From positions 64,762 through 128,761 of the forward strand of contig CAKOWI010000002.1 of assembly GCA_934122275.1 (NCBI GenBank): DNA of 64,000 nt, in the 5' to 3' direction. The translations under genes and the position numbers were made by a program. A model generated the notes under the pieces. The model was not told the DNA's origin. It saw nothing but the letters and a program-made list of their open reading frames with translations, and ran no database searches. Positions 49,875 to 58,213 of this stretch are shown here, in pieces (positions within the stretch are counted from its first letter, which is position 1; each line of letters begins with the position of its first letter). The stretch comes from an uncultured Bacilli bacterium (GTDB lineage: Bacteria; Bacillota_I; Bacilli_A; RF39; UBA660).

Positions 49875-49934
49875 TAATTGATATATAATAAATACTGTGT
49901 TATAATTTAGTTGTTTTAAAGGCAATGAAGGAAA

Positions 49935-50155
49935 GAAAAAGGTAAAACTACTAATAAGAGAGCGTACAAATGGTGAAAGTACGTAGTAGATAATAACTAT
50001 ATAAATGGTTCTGGAGCTTTTTAATTGAATAATTAGATTAAAACGGTGGTAACGTTATAACTTTAAAGAGTATACTGTTATTAGTATAAATTAAGGTGGT
50101 ACCGTGGACATATAAGTTCATCCTTTATATAGGATGGGCTTTTTATTTTGAAAGG
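49935..50155 (+). promoter_or_regulatory. T-box riboswitch leader (Met specifier) upstream of metG
   Basis: 'agagag' AG-box region, specifier-loop candidate 'caaATGgtgaaa' closed by cgtac/gtacg, T-box 'aattaaggtggtaccgtgg' (AAnnnGGGTGGnACCGCG-like), terminator catcc-tttatata-ggatg plus T-run. Confidence 0.7.
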
Positions 50156-50164
50156 AGAATTATT

Positions 50165-51718
50165 ATGGAAAGAAAAAAATATTATATTACAACAGCAATA
50201 GCATATACATCAGGTAAACCTCATATAGGAAATACATATGAAATAGTTTTAGCAGATGCTATAGCAAGATATAAAAGACAAAAAGGTTTTGATGTGTATT
50301 TTCAAACAGGTACAGATGAACATGGTGAAAAAATAGAACTAAAAGCTAAAGATAAAGGTGTTACACCAAAAGAATTTGTGGATTCTGTAGCAGGTGAAAT
50401 AAAAAGAATATGGGATATTATGAATACATCTTATGATAAATTTGTTAGAACAACAGATCCAAATCATGAAAGAATAGTTCAAAAGATATTTGATAAAATG
50501 TATGATAAAGGTGATATTTATAAGGGAGAATATTCTGGCCTTTACTGTACACCATGTGAATCGTTTTGGACAGAAAGCCAGTTAGTTGATGGCAAATGTC
50601 CTGATTGCGGAAGAGAAGTAGAAGAAAAGAAAGAAGAAGCATACTTTTTTAAACTTTCTAAATATCAAGAAAAGTTAGTAGACTATATTGAATCTCATCC
50701 AGATTTTATACAACCTGAATCAAGAAAAAATGAAATGCTTAACAACTTTATTAAACCAGGATTACAGGATTTATGTGTATCTAGAACTTCATTTGATTGG
50801 GGAATTAAAGTTGATATAGATCCTAAACACATAGTATATGTATGGCTTGATGCACTTACCAACTATATAACAAATATTGGTTATGATCCTGATGGTTCAT
50901 CAGAAGAATTTAATAAATGGTGGCCAGCTGATTTACATTTAATTGGAAAAGATATAATAAGATTTCATACAATTTACTGGCCTTGCTTTTTATGGAGCTT
51001 GGATTTAGAGATTCCAAAACAAGTATTTGGACATCCTTGGCTTTTAACTAATAATGATAAAATTGGTAAATCAAGGGGAAATGCAATATATGCTGATGAT
51101 TTAGTAGAATTATTTGGGGTAGATGCTGTAAGATATTATGTACTTCATGAAATACCTTTTGCAAATGATGGTAATTTAACTTATGAATTATTAATTGAAA
51201 GAACTAATACTGATCTAGCTAATACATTAGGTAATTTAGTTAATAGAACAATATCAATGGCTAATAAATACTTTAATGGAAAAGTTACTAATAAAAATGT
51301 AATAGAAGAAACAGATAAAGAATTAATAGATATGATTAATGATTTAGATAGTAAAGTAGAAAAGAAGATGGATAAATTAGAAATAGGTTTTGCATTAGAC
51401 GAAATATTTGAAGTTTTAAGAAGAAGTAATAAATACATTGATGAAACAAGTCCTTGGACACTTGCTAAAGACGAAACTAAAAAAGATAGACTAGAAACAG
51501 TTTTATATAACTTGCTTGAATCTATTAGAGTATGTGCTTATAATTTAAGACCATTTTTAACTAGTACGTCTGAAAAAATATATAATCAATTAAATACAAA
51601 AGATGAAACAAATAAGTTTAATTGTGATAATTCATATAGTGATATGGTTCCAGAAGTATTATTTGCAAGAATAGATAAAGAAAAGAAATTAGAAGAAATA
51701 AAAGAAAAGCAAGTATAA
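50165..51718 (+). CDS. metG: Methionine--tRNA ligase (short form, no C-terminal tRNA-binding domain)
   Basis: 'KPHIGNTYE' HIGH motif, zinc knuckle 'CTPCE...CPDCG', KMSKS-like 'KIGKSRGN'. Start at ATG 50165; the track's 50096 start lies inside the T-box. Confidence 0.95.
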   Translation: MERKKYYITTAIAYTSGKPHIGNTYEIVLADAIARYKRQKGFDVYFQTGTDEHGEKIELKAKDKGVTPKEFVDSVAGEIKRIWDIMNTSYDKFVRTTDPNHERIVQKIFDKMYDKGDIYKGEYSGLYCTPCESFWTESQLVDGKCPDCGREVEEKKEEAYFFKLSKYQEKLVDYIESHPDFIQPESRKNEMLNNFIKPGLQDLCVSRTSFDWGIKVDIDPKHIVYVWLDALTNYITNIGYDPDGSSEEFNKWWPADLHLIGKDIIRFHTIYWPCFLWSLDLEIPKQVFGHPWLLTNNDKIGKSRGNAIYADDLVELFGVDAVRYYVLHEIPFANDGNLTYELLIERTNTDLANTLGNLVNRTISMANKYFNGKVTNKNVIEETDKELIDMINDLDSKVEKKMDKLEIGFALDEIFEVLRRSNKYIDETSPWTLAKDETKKDRLETVLYNLLESIRVCAYNLRPFLTSTSEKIYNQLNTKDETNKFNCDNSYSDMVPEVLFARIDKEKKLEEIKEKQV

Positions 51719-51803
51719 ATTTATATATGTAAACGAAATGTAAAATTGTAAAGTTATGTTAAATGAAAGTAAATATATTTGTTATAATATAGTTGGTGAT
51801 GTT

Positions 51804-52943
51804 ATGAATTATTTGATATTGAAAAAAAGTGAAAATGATATAAAGTTTAGGATATATGAAGAAACAAGACACGGAAAGATAGAAAGAAATGTTAGTTATG
51901 AAGAACTAAATAGGTTTATTAATTCTATTAATAGAAATCCTGAAAGTATATCTATGTTTAGTATTAATAAAAATAATCTATCATTTACGGTAAATGATAC
52001 ATCTATAACTTTAGTTAACTATAGTGATTTTTCGAATGATAAAAGATTTTCTTCTATATTTAGAAAAGTTAGAAATAAAAACTTTAAACTAGTAAGTAAA
52101 ACCATATTAACAGGTACCTTGGTAGCAACATCATTGTTAGGATTAATTAAAGGCATTGACTTTGCCAAGAAAATTGATGTTCAAGCTTATGGTGGCATGG
52201 ATTACAGTACGATTTTCGAAGATAATAGTTATGTAGAAGAAAATACTTTAGGTGAAAATGTAGAAATAACACCTAATACTGAGTATGCTGGTACTAAGTA
52301 TGTTGATGATGAACCAGTAATAGAAAAAACTACTAAAGAAAAAGAAACTGAAAACGAAAATATCAAGATCGAATTAGGTAATTTAGACTCTGCTAATATT
52401 GAAAAGGCAGCTAAAACAAGAGAATTATATTATGATATAATTGAAAAGTATGCAAAGACGTATGGATTAGACCCTGATGTTATATGTGCAATTGCAACAC
52501 AAGAAAGAGGAGTGCATTCTGATACTGTTGATCCTGGCGGAGCAATTGGTCTTATGCAAATACAAGTTGAAGTGTGGGATAATAAAGATATAAATGCATA
52601 TAATTATGATACTAATACTAATGAAAAAGTACATATTACATTGAATAATTTAAGAGATGTCAGCTTTAACATTAAAGTGGGTTGCATGATATTCCAAAAC
52701 TATTTAAATGAAATGAATGGAAACTTAACAGCAGCTATTCAGTGCTATAACATGGGACCGGGTAGTGTTAATTCTATGATTAATAAATATTGTAAAGATA
52801 ATAATATAACTCGTTCTGAATTATTAAATTCTAATGATAACGGATGGCTTAATTATAGAAATTCATCATATCCAGGCGATCCCAAGTATGCTGAACACGT
52901 TTCAAGATATATTCCAGAAGAAAAACAGACTATTAAAATGTAA
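51804..52943 (+). CDS. Membrane-anchored lytic transglycosylase (SLT domain) with about 100-aa cytoplasmic N-domain
   Basis: TM 'ILTGTLVATSLLGLI'. SLT motifs 'ATQERGVHS' (catalytic Glu), 'GAIGLMQIQ', 'CYNMGPG'. Confidence 0.75.
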   Translation: MNYLILKKSENDIKFRIYEETRHGKIERNVSYEELNRFINSINRNPESISMFSINKNNLSFTVNDTSITLVNYSDFSNDKRFSSIFRKVRNKNFKLVSKTILTGTLVATSLLGLIKGIDFAKKIDVQAYGGMDYSTIFEDNSYVEENTLGENVEITPNTEYAGTKYVDDEPVIEKTTKEKETENENIKIELGNLDSANIEKAAKTRELYYDIIEKYAKTYGLDPDVICAIATQERGVHSDTVDPGGAIGLMQIQVEVWDNKDINAYNYDTNTNEKVHITLNNLRDVSFNIKVGCMIFQNYLNEMNGNLTAAIQCYNMGPGSVNSMINKYCKDNNITRSELLNSNDNGWLNYRNSSYPGDPKYAEHVSRYIPEEKQTIKM

Positions 52944-53001
52944 TTTATTATTTGTATTAATAACATGTATATGTTATACTTAAGTTGTAAGGGTGGTAAA
53001 T

Positions 53002-53499
53002 ATGAAAAAAAGTAATAAAAAAGTATTAGCGGGATTACTAGCAGGAGGATTAATATTTTCTTTTGCAGGATGTAATATGGCTAAAGAAGAAAAAAGTGGT
53101 GAAATTGCTGTTGATGTAATACCATTTGTAAGTGAAAATGAAGAATTATCTATAATAGGCTTTGTTGATAAGAAAACACGTCAAAAAATATGGGATGAAA
53201 GATACGGTTTCTTTAGTCAAGATAAAAGTGAATTTTATGATGCTTTAACTGGAGAAACAATAAATGTTGAAGAACTAAGCAATTTTTGTGATGTTTACTT
53301 TAAGAGTTATTATAATTCTTTATCTACGGATGATAAAGAACATTTTAATAACAGAGGATGCGTATATTATGATGAATTACAAAAATATAGTGATTCATTT
53401 AAACTTGATTCAAAAGATGGCTATAGTTGGCAATTATCTCCAGTAAAGAAATTAGAAAGATATGACGGAAATACAAATCTTGAAAAACTAGATAAATAA
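53002..53499 (+). CDS. Lipoprotein
   Basis: Lipobox 'LIFSFAGC'; RBS 'aagggtgg'; 165 aa. Confidence 0.65.
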   Translation: MKKSNKKVLAGLLAGGLIFSFAGCNMAKEEKSGEIAVDVIPFVSENEELSIIGFVDKKTRQKIWDERYGFFSQDKSEFYDALTGETINVEELSNFCDVYFKSYYNSLSTDDKEHFNNRGCVYYDELQKYSDSFKLDSKDGYSWQLSPVKKLERYDGNTNLEKLDK

Positions 53500-53551
53500 G
53501 TACCTAAAATAGGTACTTTTTGTGTTATAATTTTTTAGGATGGTGAGAAGT

Positions 53552-54895
53552 ATGGAAATTAAGTTAGACGAAATGCAAGGATATTTAACTAGTGATAGAA
53601 AGTTTGATCAAAAATGTGCTTTAAAAAGCACAGGAGTTAAAGCTGCTATCTGTTACAAGGAAGAAAAAGATGGTAAGCCAGTAAATCAAGATATGATAAG
53701 GGATGAAGAATCTTTATCAACTTTAGTTATTAGAGGATTAAATACAATTTTTCAAGATCACACTACACCTAGTGAACATCAAATGGTAACTCTTGAAATG
53801 ACGGATATTCCAAAAGCATTATGTATGGTTTTAAACAATGAAAAACAGTATACAGCAGATGAAAGATCACTTAGATATACTGAAGTTAAAAAAAATGAAT
53901 ATATTTCTGATAGAGAAGTTGAATTATATAATAAATGGTTAAATATTTTATATGATGTAATTGATAAAAAGCATGGGGATTTTTATAGAAAATACAGTAA
54001 GAATGAAAGTGGTGCTAAAAAAACAATGATAAAGTTAGCACAAGAAAATGCAAGATTTATGGTAAGTGTATTTATGCCTACCTCTATAACATATACTGTT
54101 CCTTGGATTCAAATTAATAAGATAATTACTTACATGCAAAAGGTAATAGATAATCCAATGAATGACTTTGAAAAAAAATTAATACCTTATTTTAAGGAAT
54201 TTATTGATAAGTGTATTAATTTGGATGTTGCTATTACAAAAGATAGCTTGTATAGAAACTTAATTAGTGATGAAAATTTAGAATTAAAGGAAAATGTATT
54301 AAAAAAGTTTCCAGAATTTAAAAACTATAAGGGAGATAAATCGTTAGTATATAAAAATAATAAAAACGTAGACTTAAGTTTATTTGCAAATAGAAATCCT
54401 TTTTCTGGTATAAATGGTAATAATGAATATGGATATAATATTTCTTATAATAATTTAGAGTCTTTTGTTTGTTTAGCACAAGAACAAAGACATAGAACTT
54501 GTAATTGTGAAATGCTTATTCCAGATGAATTTTCGTCTTATATACCACCAATTATTTTGGATGATGATAAATTAATTAGTATGTGGGTTAATGACATTAC
54601 TTCTGTTAAAGAAGTTTATCCTAACGGGCAATTAGTTAAAGTTAATAGGTGTGCAGCTTTAAAAGATATACTAAAGTTTATTGCACAAGAAAGAGCTTGT
54701 GATAGGGCACAATTAGAAATAGAGAAGGTATACGTTGATGATATGATACCAGATATATATGAAAATTTAAAAAAGCAAGGTAATGATGCTCTTGCAGATA
54801 ATGTTTATCCTTATGTTAAAAAGTTAAGATGTTCATTTCCAGGATATCATTGTCCAGGTACTTGTGGTCATCCTAGAATTAATAGAGACTTATAA
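53552..54895 (+). CDS. Divergent, apparently tandem ThyX-like (flavin-dependent thymidylate synthase fold) protein with Cys/His-rich C-terminus
   Basis: Numbering from the 53540 ORF start. aa 74-113 'HTTPSEHQMVTLEMTDIPKALCMVLNNEKQYTADERSLRY' aligns to the ThyX 'H.SV.EH...RHR.......S.RY' block with NEK in place of RHR. aa 166-200 is 'ARFMVSVFMPTSITYTVPWIQINKI'. A second core at aa 311-319 is 'CLAQEQRHR'. aa 368-397 'VNRCAALKDILKFIAQERACDRAQLEIEK' resembles the ThyX C-terminal 'VNxR.L..F...R....AQxEI'. Tail is 'CSFPGYHCPGTCGHP'. Confidence 0.55.
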   Translation: MEIKLDEMQGYLTSDRKFDQKCALKSTGVKAAICYKEEKDGKPVNQDMIRDEESLSTLVIRGLNTIFQDHTTPSEHQMVTLEMTDIPKALCMVLNNEKQYTADERSLRYTEVKKNEYISDREVELYNKWLNILYDVIDKKHGDFYRKYSKNESGAKKTMIKLAQENARFMVSVFMPTSITYTVPWIQINKIITYMQKVIDNPMNDFEKKLIPYFKEFIDKCINLDVAITKDSLYRNLISDENLELKENVLKKFPEFKNYKGDKSLVYKNNKNVDLSLFANRNPFSGINGNNEYGYNISYNNLESFVCLAQEQRHRTCNCEMLIPDEFSSYIPPIILDDDKLISMWVNDITSVKEVYPNGQLVKVNRCAALKDILKFIAQERACDRAQLEIEKVYVDDMIPDIYENLKKQGNDALADNVYPYVKKLRCSFPGYHCPGTCGHPRINRDL

Positions 54896-54926
54896 AAAAG
54901 AAACACGCTTGTGTTTCTTTTTTTAA
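54894..54926. terminator. Bidirectional terminator between convergent genes
   Basis: A-run, then agaaacac-gctt-gtgtttct, then T-run. Confidence 0.7.
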
Positions 54927-55936
54927 TAATCATTTAAATCAACATTTTCCTTATCTAAGTATTCTTTAAATTCAACTTTAAATTTTTCTGCTTCTTTTTT
55001 TATAACATCAGAATATACACTTTGACAATTCATAATTGCTTTATATATGTGCTTAAATGTTACAACTTCACTATTATCAAATTTAGCATAGCTAAATGCC
55101 TTCGATAATAAAGCTAAAGCATTATCAGGATATCTTGAACCTAGTTCGTAAATTCTTTTATATTCACTAGTCATATCAACTATAAATTTCATAATATTTT
55201 CTATTGTAAAAGTAGAGTATTGTAATTTAACACCCGTTTTCTTTTCTATTCTTGGATAAGAACCCATTAGAATTTTAACGGTAGTTTCTGCATCCGGTTC
55301 TTCAACATCTATTTTTTCAAAACGTCTTAGAAATGCTTTATCTCTTATTAAATACTGATTATATTCATCAAGTGTTGTTGCACCTATTACTTTTATATCT
55401 CCTCTTGAAAGAGCTGGTTTCATAGCATTTAAAAAATCAGTTCCACTTTTTCTTGATTCTATTACAAGAGTATGTATCTCATCTATAAATAGTATTGTAT
55501 TGCTCGCATTTTCAAGTTCATTAAGTAAAATATTAATTCTTAATTCTTCAGTTCCATCATCGCTTGTATATGTTCCTAATAATTGTGATGTATTAACTTT
55601 TATAATATCATAATTACTAATTGCTTTAGGTACAGTATTATTTTGAATTTTATACGCAATACCTTCTACAATAGCAGTTTTACCAATACCAGCTTTACCA
55701 ACTAATATTGCAGATTTATCTGGAGTAAGTAAAGTTAATATTGTTTTTTCAATTTCACTATCTCTAGCTATAGCAGGATTAGTAACATAGGTTTTAGTAC
55801 TTAAATTTTCTCCATATTTTTCAAGAACACTTTTTCTTTTCTTATCTTCTTTTTTTTCATCTGTATTTTTATCATTATTACTAACGTCATCAAAAGTTAA
55901 AGTTTCATCTTCTACAATATCAAACATATCATCCAT
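54923..55936 (-). CDS. Clp/Hsp100 D1-module-only AAA+ ATPase (no N-domain, no D2)
   Basis: Collinear with the ClpB/ClpC D1 module: 'LEKYG.NL', Walker A 'ILVGKAGIGKTAIVEGIA', 'ILFIDEIHTLV', 'PALSRGDIKVIGATTLDEY', 'RRFEKI', then an alpha-helical lid; 337 aa. Confidence 0.8.
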   Translation of the reverse strand: MDDMFDIVEDETLTFDDVSNNDKNTDEKKEDKKRKSVLEKYGENLSTKTYVTNPAIARDSEIEKTILTLLTPDKSAILVGKAGIGKTAIVEGIAYKIQNNTVPKAISNYDIIKVNTSQLLGTYTSDDGTEELRINILLNELENASNTILFIDEIHTLVIESRKSGTDFLNAMKPALSRGDIKVIGATTLDEYNQYLIRDKAFLRRFEKIDVEEPDAETTVKILMGSYPRIEKKTGVKLQYSTFTIENIMKFIVDMTSEYKRIYELGSRYPDNALALLSKAFSYAKFDNSEVVTFKHIYKAIMNCQSVYSDVIKKEAEKFKVEFKEYLDKENVDLNDY

Positions 55937-56112
55937 ACTTATACCTTCTTTCTAGATAATTATAACATGATTTTTAATTATTTTATTTGTAAATATACAC
56001 TTAAAATAAAAAAATTAATTAATTAATAAAAAATACTTTAAAAAATGTATAATTGTGTTACAATATTACTTGTAATGTTACTAGATAAATAATTATATAA
56101 GAGGTGTGTAGT

Positions 56113-56730
56113 ATGAAAGATTTATTAGCATCAGTATCTTATTCTTTTAATAATTTTTATGATACTTTAAATGATCAAGGTAAGGCTGTTTTTTCTATAA
56201 TTTTATTTTTAATAGTTATTTTATGTATTATACTTTTGATATCTTACATTATAAATATAATAAAAAGTAAAGTAAGACTAGAAAAAATTAAAAAAGCTCC
56301 AAGCCACGAGATAAAAAAAGAAGATAATAGTTTAAAACAGGAAAATAAAAATAGTGTTAAAGAAGAAACGATAGAATACGAAGAAAAAACAGAAATCATG
56401 AATATCAGAGATAGTATTGAAAAGGCATTAAAGGAAGATGCACCAATAACACTTACTAATTTTGAAGAAGATCAAGAAAAAACTGCCATTATATCAATAG
56501 ATGAACTTATGGCAAAAGCAAAAGAACTTCAAATAATTTCTGATGAAGAGAATACGGGAGTTAATTATTTAGAAAAATATAATATTAAACCTAGTGATGT
56601 AGAAGAAATGGTTAGTAATACTACTTCAAATTCTAAAAAACAACAAGAAGGAGAAGTAAAAGCATTTAGAGTCTCACAAGTTATATCACCAATATATGGT
56701 GTAAAAAAAGAAGTAATAAATAATAAGTAG
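56113..56730 (+). CDS. Hypothetical bitopic membrane protein (acidic cytoplasmic/extracellular tail)
   Basis: TM 'VFSIILFLIVILCIILLISYIINII'; RBS 'gaggtg'; followed by the terminator agagctt-aa-agctct-T7. Confidence 0.55.
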   Translation: MKDLLASVSYSFNNFYDTLNDQGKAVFSIILFLIVILCIILLISYIINIIKSKVRLEKIKKAPSHEIKKEDNSLKQENKNSVKEETIEYEEKTEIMNIRDSIEKALKEDAPITLTNFEEDQEKTAIISIDELMAKAKELQIISDEENTGVNYLEKYNIKPSDVEEMVSNTTSNSKKQQEGEVKAFRVSQVISPIYGVKKEVINNK

Positions 56731-56759
56731 AGCTTAAAGCTCTTTTTTTGGAGGTAGTT

Positions 56760-58049
56760 ATGAAAGTTGCAATTTATACTTTAGGTTGTAAAGTTAATAC
56801 ATATGAAAGTGAATACGTAGCAAATGAATTTATCAAAAGAGGTTATGAATTAACTTCTTTTGATAATTTGGATTCTGATATATACGTAATTAATACTTGT
56901 ACTGTTACTAATACGAGTGATCAAAAATCAAGGAAAATGATAAGACAAGCTAGAGCTAAAAATAAAAATGCTGTTGTAGTAGCAATGGGATGTTTTACTC
57001 AAATAAGAAGTAATGATAATGCTATAATAGATTATATTGATATAGTAATTGGTAATAATAAGAAAAGTAAAATAGTAGATTTAGTTGAAGAATATATTAA
57101 TAATAAACAGAAAATAGTAAACATAAAAGATATTAAAGATGAACAATTTGATGATATGGAAATTAAGCATTTTAATACTAGAACAAGAGCTTTAGTTAAG
57201 ATTGAAGATGGGTGCGAGAATTATTGTTCATACTGTATTATACCTTATGTAAGAGGAAAAGTAAGAAGTAAGGATCCTAAAAAGGTAATAGATGAGGTTA
57301 ATAGATTAGTTTCTAATGGATATAAAGAGATAGTTTTAACTGGTATTCATACTGGACATTATGGTTCAGATTTGCATGATTATGATTTTAGTGATTTATT
57401 GTTAGAACTTGAAAAAATAAATGGACTAGATAGAATAAGAATATCTTCAATAGAAATAACGGAATTAAATGATAAGTTTTTAAATGTGTTAAAAAAATCT
57501 AAAAAAATAGTAGATCATATTCATATTCCACTTCAAGCTGGAAGTAATCATATATTAAAGCTTATGAATAGAAAGTATGATAAAGATTATTATATAAATA
57601 AAATAAGTAAGATTAGAACAATAAGACCAGATATAGCTATTACTACAGATGTTATTGTTGGATTTCCTGGTGAAAGTGATTCTGATTTTAATGAAACTTT
57701 AGACTTTGTTAAGGAAGTTAATTTTGCTGGAGGACATGTATTTCCTTTTTCAAAGAGAAATGGTACTTTAGCTGCTAAAATGAATGGTCAATTAACTAAA
57801 GAAGAAAAACATATTAGATGTAAGAAATTAATTAGTTTATTTGATACTTTAGAAGATGATTATTATAAGAAACACATAAATTCGGTTGTAACTGTAATTG
57901 TAGAAACATATGATAATGGATATTTAACTGGACATAGTAGTAATTATTTAAAAGTTAAATTTAAAGGCTGTGAAAACCTATTAAGTAAAGAAGTAAACGT
58001 TAAAATACAAAGTATGGAAACAAAGCTTTTAATTGGAGAAATGCTATAA
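56760..58049 (+). CDS. mtaB: Radical-SAM methylthiotransferase (MtaB/YqeV-like)
   Basis: N-terminal MTTase domain 'YTLGCKVN..E', radical SAM 'CENYCSYC', TRAM-like C-terminus; lies downstream of the dnaK locus as yqeV does in Bacillus. Confidence 0.8.
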   Translation: MKVAIYTLGCKVNTYESEYVANEFIKRGYELTSFDNLDSDIYVINTCTVTNTSDQKSRKMIRQARAKNKNAVVVAMGCFTQIRSNDNAIIDYIDIVIGNNKKSKIVDLVEEYINNKQKIVNIKDIKDEQFDDMEIKHFNTRTRALVKIEDGCENYCSYCIIPYVRGKVRSKDPKKVIDEVNRLVSNGYKEIVLTGIHTGHYGSDLHDYDFSDLLLELEKINGLDRIRISSIEITELNDKFLNVLKKSKKIVDHIHIPLQAGSNHILKLMNRKYDKDYYINKISKIRTIRPDIAITTDVIVGFPGESDSDFNETLDFVKEVNFAGGHVFPFSKRNGTLAAKMNGQLTKEEKHIRCKKLISLFDTLEDDYYKKHINSVVTVIVETYDNGYLTGHSSNYLKVKFKGCENLLSKEVNVKIQSMETKLLIGEML

Positions 58050-58213
58050 AAGACAAATTAAGACAAAATATTTAATAATAGTTTGTATAATAGTTTTTCT
58101 AAGAAGAAAACTATGTACGAACTATTTTTAACTAATAAACTAAACATCTTAAATGTGTAGTTAAAAAGTAAAAAATGTGGTAAAATCATGTTGAAATGTT
58201 AGGAGGAAAAAAG

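Noticed and set aside
53540-54895. Calling the ThyX-like ORF simply 'thyX' (functional thymidylate synthase)
   Set aside because: The canonical RHR and 'NAR' arginines of the first core are substituted, and the protein is nearly double the usual length with an extra Cys/His tail. Assigning catalytic thyX function from sequence alone would be unsafe.
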